Below are positions 8,427-17,631 of a stretch of 61,084 bases of DNA, piece after piece; position 1 is the stretch's first letter; each line of letters opens with the position of its first letter. Made by a program: the position numbers and the translations under genes. The notes under the pieces were generated by a model that saw nothing but the letters and a program-made list of their open reading frames with translations, made no database searches and had not been told where the DNA came from. Source of the stretch: a virus (lineage: Duplodnaviria > Caudoviricetes); the IMG/VR virus record IMGVR_UViG_3300037313_001227, positions 1-61,084 of that record; one strand, written 5' to 3'.

Positions 8427-11369
8427 ATGACTCCTGTTGAGTTTTTGCGCGCCGTATGGCCGCGCACAGGCATCTATTGTCTGGCGACGCCGCGCTCGAG
8501 CGGCGCCTACCAGCATTGGACGTTCGACACGATCGACGAGGTCGCCAGCTACCTCGACAAGACCCTCGACCCGACCAAGGTCGACATCTATTTCAACATC
8601 CACTCCCTGCGCGAGAAGCAGGTTCCGCACAAAGACCCCGGGCTCGCCGCGCAGGGCCGCACCCAGGTGCGCGTCCAGCGCAACATGCTGGCGGCGCGGT
8701 GCTTCTTCTTCGACCTCGACATCGGCTCCGAGCCGCACAAGTACGACGACCAGGTCGAGGCGATCGCCGGATTGAGGGCGTTCATCAAGGCGACCGGCCT
8801 GCCGACACCACTGGTGGCGACGTCCGGCGGCGGCTTCCACGTCTACTGGCTGCTCAGCGACGACCTGCCGACCGAGGAGTGGCGGACCCACGCCACGCAC
8901 CTGCGCCAGCTGGCGCAGCACTACGGCCTCAAGGCCGACCCTTCCCGAACCACCGACACTTCGTCAGTGCTGCGCGTCGTCGGCACCTTCAACCACAAGG
9001 ACCGGCTCAACCCCAAGCCGGTTTACATCATGGCGCCGGGCACCGAGACCGCCACCGGCGTTTTTGTAAACCTCGTTAACAAAGCCATCATCGAGGCGGG
9101 GGTCCAGCCGCAAGAGGCGCCCAAGCTGCTGCAGGCCGAGAGCCAGCTCGGCGGCAACCTCGACATCGAGTACGACGGTCCGCGGCCGAAGATGACGGCG
9201 ATATTCACCGCCTGCGCCCAGATGCGCCGGCTGGCCTTGGCCAAGGGGCTGTTCTCCGAGCCCGAGTGGTATCACAGCGTGATCGGCGTCGGCCGCTTCA
9301 CCGAGGGCGGCAACCGCGACATCCACAAGCTCTCCACCGGGCACCCGGGCTATTCGGAAAGCGCGTGCAACGCCAAGATCAAGCAGAGTGAGGGCGCCCA
9401 GAAGGGCCCCAGCAGCTGCGCCAGCGTCGCCTTCGCCTCCGCGATGGGTGACAGCCTGTGCGTTGGCTGCCCGCACCAGGGGCGCGTTTACGGGCCCATC
9501 CAGGCGGCGCTGAAGGTCGATGAGAAGCCTGCCCCCCAGGTTCAGCAGCTGGTTGCCGGCCAGACGGTCACGCTTCTCATCCCGCCGCCCCCCAAGCCCT
9601 TCGCCCGGACCAAGGACGGCATCGTCGTCACGGTCAAGAATGCCGATGGCTCCGAAGAGCACAACACGATCTACGACTACGACCTCTATCCGGTGCGCCG
9701 GCTAAGCAACGTGCAGGCCGAAACCGAGCAGCACATCTGGCACGTCGAGCTGCCCAACGGGGAGTCGAAGAACTTCACGCTCGACGCCGACATGCTCTAC
9801 GACCTGCGCAAGTTTGTAGTGGCGATTGCACACCAGGGGATCTATCCTCACAAAGGTCATTTACCTACATTGCAGGAGTATATGGTCGCCTACATCGCCC
9901 AGCTCCAGAAACTGGCCAGCGCCGACGCCCAGTGCAACCACCTGGGGTGGGCCGACGACCACTCGCAATTCATCCTGCCGGACAAGATCCTGCTCGCTGA
10001 CGGCGGCGCCCGTCCGGCCCAGCTGAGCCTCGGCGCACAACGCGCGTCGGCCAACATTCACCAACGCGGCGACCTGACCAAGCAGGTTCAGCTGATGGAG
10101 TTCTACAACCATCACGCCTACCTGCCCAACCAGTTCTTCATCCTCGCCGGTCTCGCTGCCCCGATCTTCTACGCAACGGGCCACCATGGAGTGATCATCA
10201 ATGCTAGCGGTGAAGCCGGAGCAAGTAAGAGTACTAGCCTTTATACTGCAGCTTCTTTCTGGGGCCAGCCTGAGCTATATCCTATTAACGGTACGAACAA
10301 CGGTGCCACGGTTCGTGGTCGTAACGAGCGGGTCACTGTACTTGCTAACCTTCCTGTATGCGTTGATGAAATAACCCACATGCCGGTCAAGGACGCCGTC
10401 GACCTCGCGATGAGCATTACCCAGCCGGGGCACCGCATCCGGCTGCAGACCGACGGCACCGAGCGCGCGCACCTGGGATCGTACAAGGCGACGATCATGC
10501 TGGCGACCGCCAACAACTCGCTGCACAGCGTGCTCAGCCACGACAACGCCCACGGCACCGCCGGCTCGATGCGCGTGTTCGAGATCCTGTTCAAAGCGAC
10601 CAGCGTCCACGAAAAGTATGAAGCCGACGACTTCATGTTCCACCTGCGCCACAATTACGGGCACATCGGCGAGCAGTTCATGGCCTACGTCGTCCAGAAC
10701 CTCGACGCCGTCGTGGCCCGCGTGCGCGCGGTGATGCGTGAGATCGACCAGGAGTGCAAAATCCAGTCGGCCGAACGCTTTTGGTCGGCGACGATCGCCG
10801 TCGTCCTGACCGCTGGGGAGATCGCCCGCCAGCTGGGGCTGCTGCCGTTCGATGTCGGGGCGCTCAAGCAGTGGGTGGTGAGCTACCAGGTGCCGCACAT
10901 GCGCGGTGTCGTGATGAGCGAATATAGCGACCCGCTGTCGAGCCTCGCCGACTATCTCGAGACGATCAACAACAACATCATCGTGGTGCGCAAATACCAG
11001 GGGCAGGTTGCCGGGGTGAACATCGAGCGCCGGCCGCTCGGCGCCCTGCTCGCCCACTACGACCTCGACGACAACATGCTCTACGTCCTCAAGAAGGGCT
11101 TCAAGGACTATTGCGCGCGCACCGGCGCCAACGCGACGGCGATCATCAACGACCTGCACATCCCGCGTGACGGGGAGCGGATCGTGCCGCAGCGCGACAC
11201 CCGCCGGGTGCTCGGCGCCGGCACCGAGTTCGCCAAGTCGCAGACCTGGTGCTTCGCGGTCAACATGAGCCATCAGGCGGTCTCGGGGACGGTCAACCTG
11301 ACGGCGGTGACAGGGGGTGGGCAAGGAGCGGCGACAGACGGCCGTGCCAGCCTGCACGTCGTGCAGTGA
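8427..11369 (+). CDS. primase fused to a DUF927 P-loop helicase
   Basis: FFDLD, SGGGFHVYW and LRVVGTFNHK (AEP/RepB-like); Cys cluster; LGW; GEAGASKST Walker A; VCVDE Walker B. Confidence 0.85.
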   Translation: MTPVEFLRAVWPRTGIYCLATPRSSGAYQHWTFDTIDEVASYLDKTLDPTKVDIYFNIHSLREKQVPHKDPGLAAQGRTQVRVQRNMLAARCFFFDLDIGSEPHKYDDQVEAIAGLRAFIKATGLPTPLVATSGGGFHVYWLLSDDLPTEEWRTHATHLRQLAQHYGLKADPSRTTDTSSVLRVVGTFNHKDRLNPKPVYIMAPGTETATGVFVNLVNKAIIEAGVQPQEAPKLLQAESQLGGNLDIEYDGPRPKMTAIFTACAQMRRLALAKGLFSEPEWYHSVIGVGRFTEGGNRDIHKLSTGHPGYSESACNAKIKQSEGAQKGPSSCASVAFASAMGDSLCVGCPHQGRVYGPIQAALKVDEKPAPQVQQLVAGQTVTLLIPPPPKPFARTKDGIVVTVKNADGSEEHNTIYDYDLYPVRRLSNVQAETEQHIWHVELPNGESKNFTLDADMLYDLRKFVVAIAHQGIYPHKGHLPTLQEYMVAYIAQLQKLASADAQCNHLGWADDHSQFILPDKILLADGGARPAQLSLGAQRASANIHQRGDLTKQVQLMEFYNHHAYLPNQFFILAGLAAPIFYATGHHGVIINASGEAGASKSTSLYTAASFWGQPELYPINGTNNGATVRGRNERVTVLANLPVCVDEITHMPVKDAVDLAMSITQPGHRIRLQTDGTERAHLGSYKATIMLATANNSLHSVLSHDNAHGTAGSMRVFEILFKATSVHEKYEADDFMFHLRHNYGHIGEQFMAYVVQNLDAVVARVRAVMREIDQECKIQSAERFWSATIAVVLTAGEIARQLGLLPFDVGALKQWVVSYQVPHMRGVVMSEYSDPLSSLADYLETINNNIIVVRKYQGQVAGVNIERRPLGALLAHYDLDDNMLYVLKKGFKDYCARTGANATAIINDLHIPRDGERIVPQRDTRRVLGAGTEFAKSQTWCFAVNMSHQAVSGTVNLTAVTGGGQGAATDGRASLHVVQ

Positions 11370-11803
11370 CGGCGCACGATCATATCTGCCCCCACTGCGG
11401 CTACGACCTTGTCAGGAACGGGCCGATCATCATCGACAACTGGTCGATGCTCGGGCCCGGTTACCCCCTCTGCTACATGGGTAAGCCAGTGCGCCTGACC
11501 AACGCCGAGTCCGAGATCGTCTACTCGCTGCTCAAGGCGTTCCCCAAGCATATCGAGCGCTGGGTGCTGCTCGAGCGCATCGGGTCCGACGCCGGCAGCA
11601 TCAACCTGCTCGCGGTCTACATCAGCCGGATCAAGTCACGGCTGGAGCACGCCGGGCTACCGCTGCCGATCGCGACCGTATGGGGTCATGGGTACCGCTG
11701 GCTGAGGGAGGGGGAGATTGTCCAGACTAAAGCGGCTGTTGGGCCACGCATTGCATCGACGGCACAAAACCGCGGCGGGCGGCCGCGCAAGACCGGATCC
11801 TGA
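11366..11803 (+). CDS. OmpR/PhoB-type winged-helix protein without a receiver domain (CtrA-like C-terminus)
   Basis: VRLTNAE..., LAVYISRIKSRL, IATVWGHGYR; N-terminal CPHCG. Confidence 0.8.
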   Translation: MTAHDHICPHCGYDLVRNGPIIIDNWSMLGPGYPLCYMGKPVRLTNAESEIVYSLLKAFPKHIERWVLLERIGSDAGSINLLAVYISRIKSRLEHAGLPLPIATVWGHGYRWLREGEIVQTKAAVGPRIASTAQNRGGRPRKTGS

Positions 11804-11821
11804 GTGGGCGGCGGGGTTCCA

Positions 11822-12265
11822 GTGAGGATCTGCGTCACCGGCGGCCGCACCTTCAACTATACCGGCTGGCTCCACGCAGGGCTCGACCTGCTGCACGAAG
11901 TGAGCGGCGGCATCAGCGAGATCATCGAAGGCGGCGCGGCCGGCGCCGATGTCCGCGCCGGCGAGTGGTCGGAGCGCAGGCTGGGCAAGAAGGCTACGGT
12001 GGTCAAGGCCGAATGGGGGAAGTACAGCGCTGGCCTCAAGCACGGCCAGAAGAACCCGGCCGGGATCATCCGCAACAACCAGATGGTGGCGATGAAGCCC
12101 GACATCGTGCTCGCCTGCCCCGGGGGCCCGGGCACCGCACACATGGTCGCAGCGTCGAAAAAGGCTGGATTGAAAGTGATCTTCCTTGAGAAGATGCCGA
12201 TAGCGAAAGGCCCCGCAGATTACTCCGCAGGGCCCCCGATCCAACGTATCGGCGTAGCGGCTTAG
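11822..12265 (+). CDS. SLOG superfamily DUF2493/YspA-like protein
   Basis: ICVTGGR.F, IIEGGAAGAD, AG.IRN.QM and PGG.GT.HM motifs. Confidence 0.82.
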   Translation: MRICVTGGRTFNYTGWLHAGLDLLHEVSGGISEIIEGGAAGADVRAGEWSERRLGKKATVVKAEWGKYSAGLKHGQKNPAGIIRNNQMVAMKPDIVLACPGGPGTAHMVAASKKAGLKVIFLEKMPIAKGPADYSAGPPIQRIGVAA

Positions 12266-12516
12266 CCGGTCGTCAGACGCTCGTTGGTCAGCTGGTTGTA
12301 AGTTGACCGGACCAGCTGCTGCATCTGGCTCTTGTCGCCCGACGCCCAGATCTTGGGCGTGTCGCTCTGGCGGGGCTGGACGATCAGCACGAACTCGTCG
12401 CCATCGCGAACGGCGTTGCCGACCTGGATCGCCGGCGTGTTAAGGTTGGTGCTCTGCTCGTCGAGCTTGCTGAACGCGCTCGAACCAGTACCGGTGCTCT
12501 GGTTGTTACTCGTCAT
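12262..12516 (-). CDS. small Gln/Ser/Thr-rich protein (moron-like)
   Basis: GAGAGGAG RBS; own EcfG-type promoter upstream. Confidence 0.65.
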   Translation of the reverse strand: MTSNNQSTGTGSSAFSKLDEQSTNLNTPAIQVGNAVRDGDEFVLIVQPRQSDTPKIWASGDKSQMQQLVRSTYNQLTNERLTTG

Positions 12517-12565
12517 AGATGCTCCTCTCAGGCTGCCGCGACGGGGGTGCCGCGGCTGTGCCTGG

Positions 12566-12590
12566 AACGAGCTGTAGCACGATTAGTTCC
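12566..12590 (-). promoter_or_regulatory. EcfG (sigmaT/RpoE2) general-stress-type promoter
   Basis: Minus strand reads GGAAC-TAATCGTGCTACAGCT(16 nt)-CGTT, about 50 nt upstream of the 12516 ATG. Confidence 0.65.
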
Positions 12591-12978
12591 CGTAGAGCAG
12601 GCCCAGCCGGAAGTTGTCGCCGATGCCGGCCAGCCGGTTGAGCTGGTCGAGCTGGGTCGTGCGGCTGGTGGTGAAGCCGGTCTCAGCGCCGAGATTGCGT
12701 GCCTGAGCGCTGTTGAGGCCGATCGAGCTGCGCGCCAGTGGTCCGATGAACTTGGTGTTCTCGTCGGTGTTGGCGGCGTTCGCCTGCGCCAGTGCAGCCT
12801 GTGCCGCGGTCAAACCGATATTGGCCTTGCTCTCGGCCGGCAGGAGCCCGGCACGCACGGTGTCGAGCCCGGCCTGTGCATTGGCCTGGGTGACGAAGCC
12901 CTGCGCCCGCAGCGCATCCGCGTTGGCGTTCTGCTGCAGCAGGTCGTACTTGCGGTTGAGGAAATAATTCCAGTCCAT
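12583..12978 (-). CDS. putative virion protein
   Basis: Ala/Gln/Asn-rich; last gene of the structural operon. Confidence 0.6.
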   Translation of the reverse strand: MDWNYFLNRKYDLLQQNANADALRAQGFVTQANAQAGLDTVRAGLLPAESKANIGLTAAQAALAQANAANTDENTKFIGPLARSSIGLNSAQARNLGAETGFTTSRTTQLDQLNRLAGIGDNFRLGLLYGN

Positions 12979-12990
12979 CCCCAGGCCCCC

Positions 12991-14886
12991 TTAGACACTC
13001 GCCGAGTAATTGTAATTGTGGCTCAGGCTCTCAGCATAGCTGAGCGACTGGCTCGAGTTGTAGCTCTCACTATAGCCGACTGCGTTGCTGGTGGAAATGC
13101 TGGTCGACCAGTTGATCGCATTGAGCGCCGCGGCACCGAGCTGGGCCGAGACTTGGGCCCCGACCTTGGCCGCATCGAGCGCCAGGCTGCGCGTCGTCAT
13201 GTAGAGCTCGGCGTTGGCCTTGGCGGCGTTGACACCGATGTCGGACACGCGCTGCGCCTGGTCGATCGCCACCTGCCACTGCTTGGTCAGCGTCTCGTTG
13301 AACGAGGTGACCGCCGCGACCTCGGCCTTGTACTCGTCGGCCAGGCTCGAGTTGTAGGCGCTGATCGCCTGCGCCTTCGATGCCTCGCCCGACAGCTGCG
13401 CCTTGTAGCCTTCCCACAGCGAGATGTTGGCGTCGAGCCGGCCACGGTACGCGGCGATGCGCACATCGGCTTCCTTGGCGGCGGCGCCGACCCGGGCAGT
13501 GAACGCCTCGACCTGGCTCTGGTAGATCTTCTGCTTGGTGCCCTCGGCCTCGAGCGTCGCGCGGTAGCCCTCGACCCCGGCGGTGTAGGCGTTGACCTTG
13601 GCGACGTACGCCTGGATCTGCGCGCCGTAGACGTCGATCTTGGTCTTCTCGATCTCGGCCTTGATGCGGATGCCCTCGATGCGCGCTTTGTAGATGTCGA
13701 CAGCGCTCAGCGCCGCCTGGATCTGCGCCTGGTACTGGGCGACCAGCGCGGTGTTGATCTGGGCTTTGGCGGACTCGGCCTCGACTTGCGCCTTGTAGGC
13801 GTCGACCAGCGCGATCTGTGCCTGCACCTGGGCGGTGTAGATCTGCACCTTGACCTTGTAGGCGTCGAGAAACGCGGCGTACGCCTGGACCTTGGCGTTG
13901 TAGATCGCGATGCCGGCCTCAGTCGCGTACTTGGTACTCTCGAACAGCCGCTGCTCCACGGCGTTCGAATAGTCCATGCACTTGCCCTCGAGCGCTACCG
14001 CGGCGTCGATGCGATCCTTGGTCGCCTGGTAGGCCAGCTCGGCCTGCTTGATCATGATCTCGCGGGAAAGACCACGGTTGGCGTAGTCGCTCTCGGTGGT
14101 CAGCTTGAGCCGTGCATCGAGGTACGCGCCAGGGGGCAGGGCGAAGCCCATCTCCTCCATCTTGTCGAGGTCTTTGAGCGCGTCGGCGCGGGAACGCGCC
14201 TCACGTTCACGGCCGCGGTCCCAGATGGCGTTCTCGACGTCGGCGTTGAGCCCGGTGCCGCCATTGACGATGGTGTCCTCAAGCGCGGTCTTGACCGCGG
14301 TCAGCAGCGACGAGGTGTACTGCGCGCCCGGCACATATTCGCGGATCGAGGGCTCGACCGCGGTCAGGGTCAGCACATCGTCGTCGGGCGCGTCGGGCAG
14401 GGTGATCCCGCCGAAGGTCGCGATGTTGAGCGACAGCAAGCTCGGCGGCGCCGGCAGGTCGACGACAAGGTCAGGATCCTCGAACACCAGGTTGACGCCG
14501 GGGCTGTCCGGCGCAGCCTCGGAGAAGGCCGTTGGGGCGCTGCCGAAGTTGAGCGTCGGCGGGTCATCATCGAATGGCTCGGGCATGACGTCGGTGACGT
14601 CGAGCACCTCGGTGAACGCCGGCGGCGCATCGGGCGACGTCCAGACGATTGTCTGGAAGGTGGGCGGCGTGGACGTGATCTGGGGCGGTGCACTCGGGCC
14701 GGTCGGGAACTCGGGGTCGATCACCGGCGGCGTCAGCGACGCGCTCAGCGTGCCCAGCGTCAGCAGGTACGCGTTGGCCGCATCAGTCTGCTCGTGCGCA
14801 TAGGCCGAGATGCCGATCGGATCGCCCAGATAATTGGGATCGGCCGGCGGCACCGTCACCGGTGGATAGGCTGTCCAACCGCTCAT
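12991..14886 (-). CDS. virion structural protein with a long coiled coil
   Basis: Pro/Asp-rich N-terminus; repetitive Y.A...A helical repeats. Confidence 0.7.
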   Translation of the reverse strand: MSGWTAYPPVTVPPADPNYLGDPIGISAYAHEQTDAANAYLLTLGTLSASLTPPVIDPEFPTGPSAPPQITSTPPTFQTIVWTSPDAPPAFTEVLDVTDVMPEPFDDDPPTLNFGSAPTAFSEAAPDSPGVNLVFEDPDLVVDLPAPPSLLSLNIATFGGITLPDAPDDDVLTLTAVEPSIREYVPGAQYTSSLLTAVKTALEDTIVNGGTGLNADVENAIWDRGREREARSRADALKDLDKMEEMGFALPPGAYLDARLKLTTESDYANRGLSREIMIKQAELAYQATKDRIDAAVALEGKCMDYSNAVEQRLFESTKYATEAGIAIYNAKVQAYAAFLDAYKVKVQIYTAQVQAQIALVDAYKAQVEAESAKAQINTALVAQYQAQIQAALSAVDIYKARIEGIRIKAEIEKTKIDVYGAQIQAYVAKVNAYTAGVEGYRATLEAEGTKQKIYQSQVEAFTARVGAAAKEADVRIAAYRGRLDANISLWEGYKAQLSGEASKAQAISAYNSSLADEYKAEVAAVTSFNETLTKQWQVAIDQAQRVSDIGVNAAKANAELYMTTRSLALDAAKVGAQVSAQLGAAALNAINWSTSISTSNAVGYSESYNSSQSLSYAESLSHNYNYSASV

Positions 14887-14914
14887 TGATAATCCCCCCG
14901 AGGTCGATGCTACA

Positions 14915-16477
14915 TTAAGTCGTCGACGGCGTAAATCCGATCGAGCCGAACTTGCGATTGATGTTCAATCGCCCAAGATACGGCAGCCCATAATGGTCGA
15001 TCAGGGTGCTGTCCGGATCGGTCGTCGTGCTGATCGTCGCCGTGTCGTTGATCACCGCCGTCGGCACCGGGTCGGGATATACCGCACGCAGCTCCCACGC
15101 GTTGAAGGCGAAGTCGCTGGTGTGCGTCGAATAGACCCAGTCCGGTTCACCCTTGCCGACAAGGCCGGCGACGACCATGTCGCAAGTGATAGTTTCGGCG
15201 TCGTCTAGTGTTGGGGCTGCGGTGTGCTCAAGGCTACCGACAAAATAGATATTGTAGCTGAGCTGGCCGTCGAGCGGCGTCCAGCTCTCCCCGTCAGTAG
15301 CTGGAGGTGACCCACTTTGACCCGGATTAGAATACGCGATTGTCTCACTCGCCGTAAATACGCCAGTGGTCCAGCCTCCGACACCGTCGGCACCTACGAC
15401 GGTATAGTTCCACCACCCATCCGCTGTGCGACCATTGGCGGACTGCTCAAATGAGACGTCATTGAACACCGGGTTCCAGTCGCCGAAGATCGTTACGAGA
15501 TCGTTGCTGGCGGTGACCGTGACTGTGATCAGCGACGCCGTCGGCGTTGCAGTGAACGTCACATCGGTGAACGTATCCTCGGTGATGTCGATCCGGCTGG
15601 TCGTGGAGAGTGTCGCGAAATCGGTTCGTGCTGCCCACACGCTGTTCAGCGTGCCGAGGTAAAAATAAACCTGGACGGTGCTGCAATCCGGCAACCTAAA
15701 CAGCAGGTTCCCTCGAAGGTGCCAGCCCGCCGTCACCGGCGGTGCTGCGGACGACGAAGGTGGGGGAGATGTCGGGTAGGTCATCGTGTAAGTCAGCGGC
15801 AACCGCTTGACCTGGTTGAAACACATCCGCGCGCCGGTGATCTTGCCGTAGACGTCGATCAGCACCTCACCTTCAGAATGTGCGGTCTTGAGGTCCACGC
15901 AGAGCGACCCTGCCGTGTAACCAGCATCGACGCTAAGCGGCGCGAGCGCGGTGAAGTGGGTCGGGTTGGGGAAGCTCATCGGCTTGTCGCCGAGACCGTT
16001 GTCACCTCCCGGATAGTAGGAAACACCACGTGCTTCGGTCAGGTCAGGGGTAAGCGTCTGCAGCAGAGGCGCGATCTGGTACGCGGCGAAAATCGCATCC
16101 GACGGCGGATCGAGCACCTTGAAGTTGATGATCGCCCAGTCCCACGGTTCGCCGGCATGCTGCTTCAACTCCTCCAGCACGCTCCGATCGACCTGCAGCG
16201 TGAGCGTCTCCTGGCCGTACTGGTTGAGGTAGGTCGCCTGCGCACCGGTCATCTCGATGTGCCGGCGCATCTGGTTCGTCGTCGACAGCGCGTACGCCTG
16301 TTGAGCCTTGCTATGGAACTGCTTGAGCTGACCGGCGAAATGCGCCGCGACCACGCGGAAAAGCGGTGTCCCCGTCGGCACCCCCTCGATGACCAGCTTG
16401 GTCGGCTGCTGGGTGACATTCGGGAAGAGCTCGGTGCCCTTCTGGGTGGGCAGCCAGAAACGCCGGCCGTTAGACAC
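14915..16477 (-). CDS. putative tail/host-recognition protein
   Basis: In the tail operon; Thr-rich beta-type centre with lower GC3. Confidence 0.55.
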   Translation of the reverse strand: MSNGRRFWLPTQKGTELFPNVTQQPTKLVIEGVPTGTPLFRVVAAHFAGQLKQFHSKAQQAYALSTTNQMRRHIEMTGAQATYLNQYGQETLTLQVDRSVLEELKQHAGEPWDWAIINFKVLDPPSDAIFAAYQIAPLLQTLTPDLTEARGVSYYPGGDNGLGDKPMSFPNPTHFTALAPLSVDAGYTAGSLCVDLKTAHSEGEVLIDVYGKITGARMCFNQVKRLPLTYTMTYPTSPPPSSSAAPPVTAGWHLRGNLLFRLPDCSTVQVYFYLGTLNSVWAARTDFATLSTTSRIDITEDTFTDVTFTATPTASLITVTVTASNDLVTIFGDWNPVFNDVSFEQSANGRTADGWWNYTVVGADGVGGWTTGVFTASETIAYSNPGQSGSPPATDGESWTPLDGQLSYNIYFVGSLEHTAAPTLDDAETITCDMVVAGLVGKGEPDWVYSTHTSDFAFNAWELRAVYPDPVPTAVINDTATISTTTDPDSTLIDHYGLPYLGRLNINRKFGSIGFTPSTT

Positions 16478-17630
16478 GGCGCTCGCTTACCAGCGGTACG
16501 AACTCCAGCGTGTCGAGATCAAAGTCCTGACCGGTGCTGATCAGCTCGAACGCGAAGTAGCGCGCGCGCAGACCCTTGCCGAGCGTGATCTTGGTCGTCG
16601 CCATGTCCTTGGCCGACACTGCGTAAGTGTAGGTGTTGCCGTCGCCGGTCTCGAGCTTGAGCACATAGTCACCGCCGCCGCGGACGGCGAGGTACGCACC
16701 CTTGAACCCGGTGAGCTTGGTGCCGGCCCATTGTGCGAAGCCGCTCTTGATCTGGGCAACGATATCCGCGCCGTCATCGTCATCACCGGTAAGCGTGTAA
16801 AGGCCGTCAGCGCTCGCGCCGAGATAGATATCGCCGAGCTTAGCGAAGCTGTTGAACGCGTAGTTGCTGTACTCGGTCGTGGCACCGGTTCGGGTGTTGA
16901 TCGCCCAGGTGGTGAAGCTGCCGTTCGGCGCGACATAGCCGGCTGCGATCTTGATGCCGTCGCTGATCGTGCCGTTGAACACCAGTTGCAGCGCGTCGTC
17001 AGCGTCGATGCCGATCGTGTCGGCCGCGGTCACACGCAAGATCAGCTGCGGCGTCACATTCTCGGCCACGCCGATCGTCTCGGCGAGGACCCCACCCTTG
17101 GACGCGTAACCACCCAGTACCGGCGCGATGCCGATCCCTTCGGAAATATCCCCCCCAAAGAACCGCCCGAGCACGCTGGCGACGCGGATCGTGTCCGCGA
17201 TCGACCTGCCGTAGAGCATCATCGGCGCCAGCGCTGGCTGAAGGCCCAAGCCTTCAAGCACCGTAATCGCCTGCTGGGCTTGCTGGGCGAGCTCCAAACC
17301 AATGCCATCGGCCAGCGCTGCCGGTACGGCCGGATAAAGCCTGTCGGCAATGCGCGCGACGTCAGTCGCGGTCAGCTGGTACACGAAGTTGGCCGTCTGC
17401 GCGAGCGAGAGCCTGACCCGCTCAACCACCACCATGCCATAGAACACGTCCAGTGCTTCGCTGACGTCGATCTCATCGGTCACGGTGACCGGTCGCGCAC
17501 GGACGTCGATCAAGCCGTAAGTCACACCGATCTGGTCGGTAAGCTCCGCATCGACCGTAGGCGCTGCACCGCTAGCACTGCCAGCGGATACCGCGAGTAA
17601 CGGAACCGATGCACCTAGCGGGTTGCCCAC
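16470..17630 (-). CDS. putative tail protein
   Basis: Short D/E-x-I repeats; C-terminal Y.NY.FNS...GKGLRARY. Confidence 0.6.
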   Translation of the reverse strand: MGNPLGASVPLLAVSAGSASGAAPTVDAELTDQIGVTYGLIDVRARPVTVTDEIDVSEALDVFYGMVVVERVRLSLAQTANFVYQLTATDVARIADRLYPAVPAALADGIGLELAQQAQQAITVLEGLGLQPALAPMMLYGRSIADTIRVASVLGRFFGGDISEGIGIAPVLGGYASKGGVLAETIGVAENVTPQLILRVTAADTIGIDADDALQLVFNGTISDGIKIAAGYVAPNGSFTTWAINTRTGATTEYSNYAFNSFAKLGDIYLGASADGLYTLTGDDDDGADIVAQIKSGFAQWAGTKLTGFKGAYLAVRGGGDYVLKLETGDGNTYTYAVSAKDMATTKITLGKGLRARYFAFELISTGQDFDLDTLEFVPLVSERRV

Positions 17631-17631
17631 C

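Noticed and set aside
12547-14889. 780-aa + strand ORF, and similar long antisense ORFs (16389, 24673, 26464, 36872, 38047, 10275, 1121)
   Set aside because: Shadow frames opposite well-supported genes, as expected with high GC3; no RBS or recognisable motifs.
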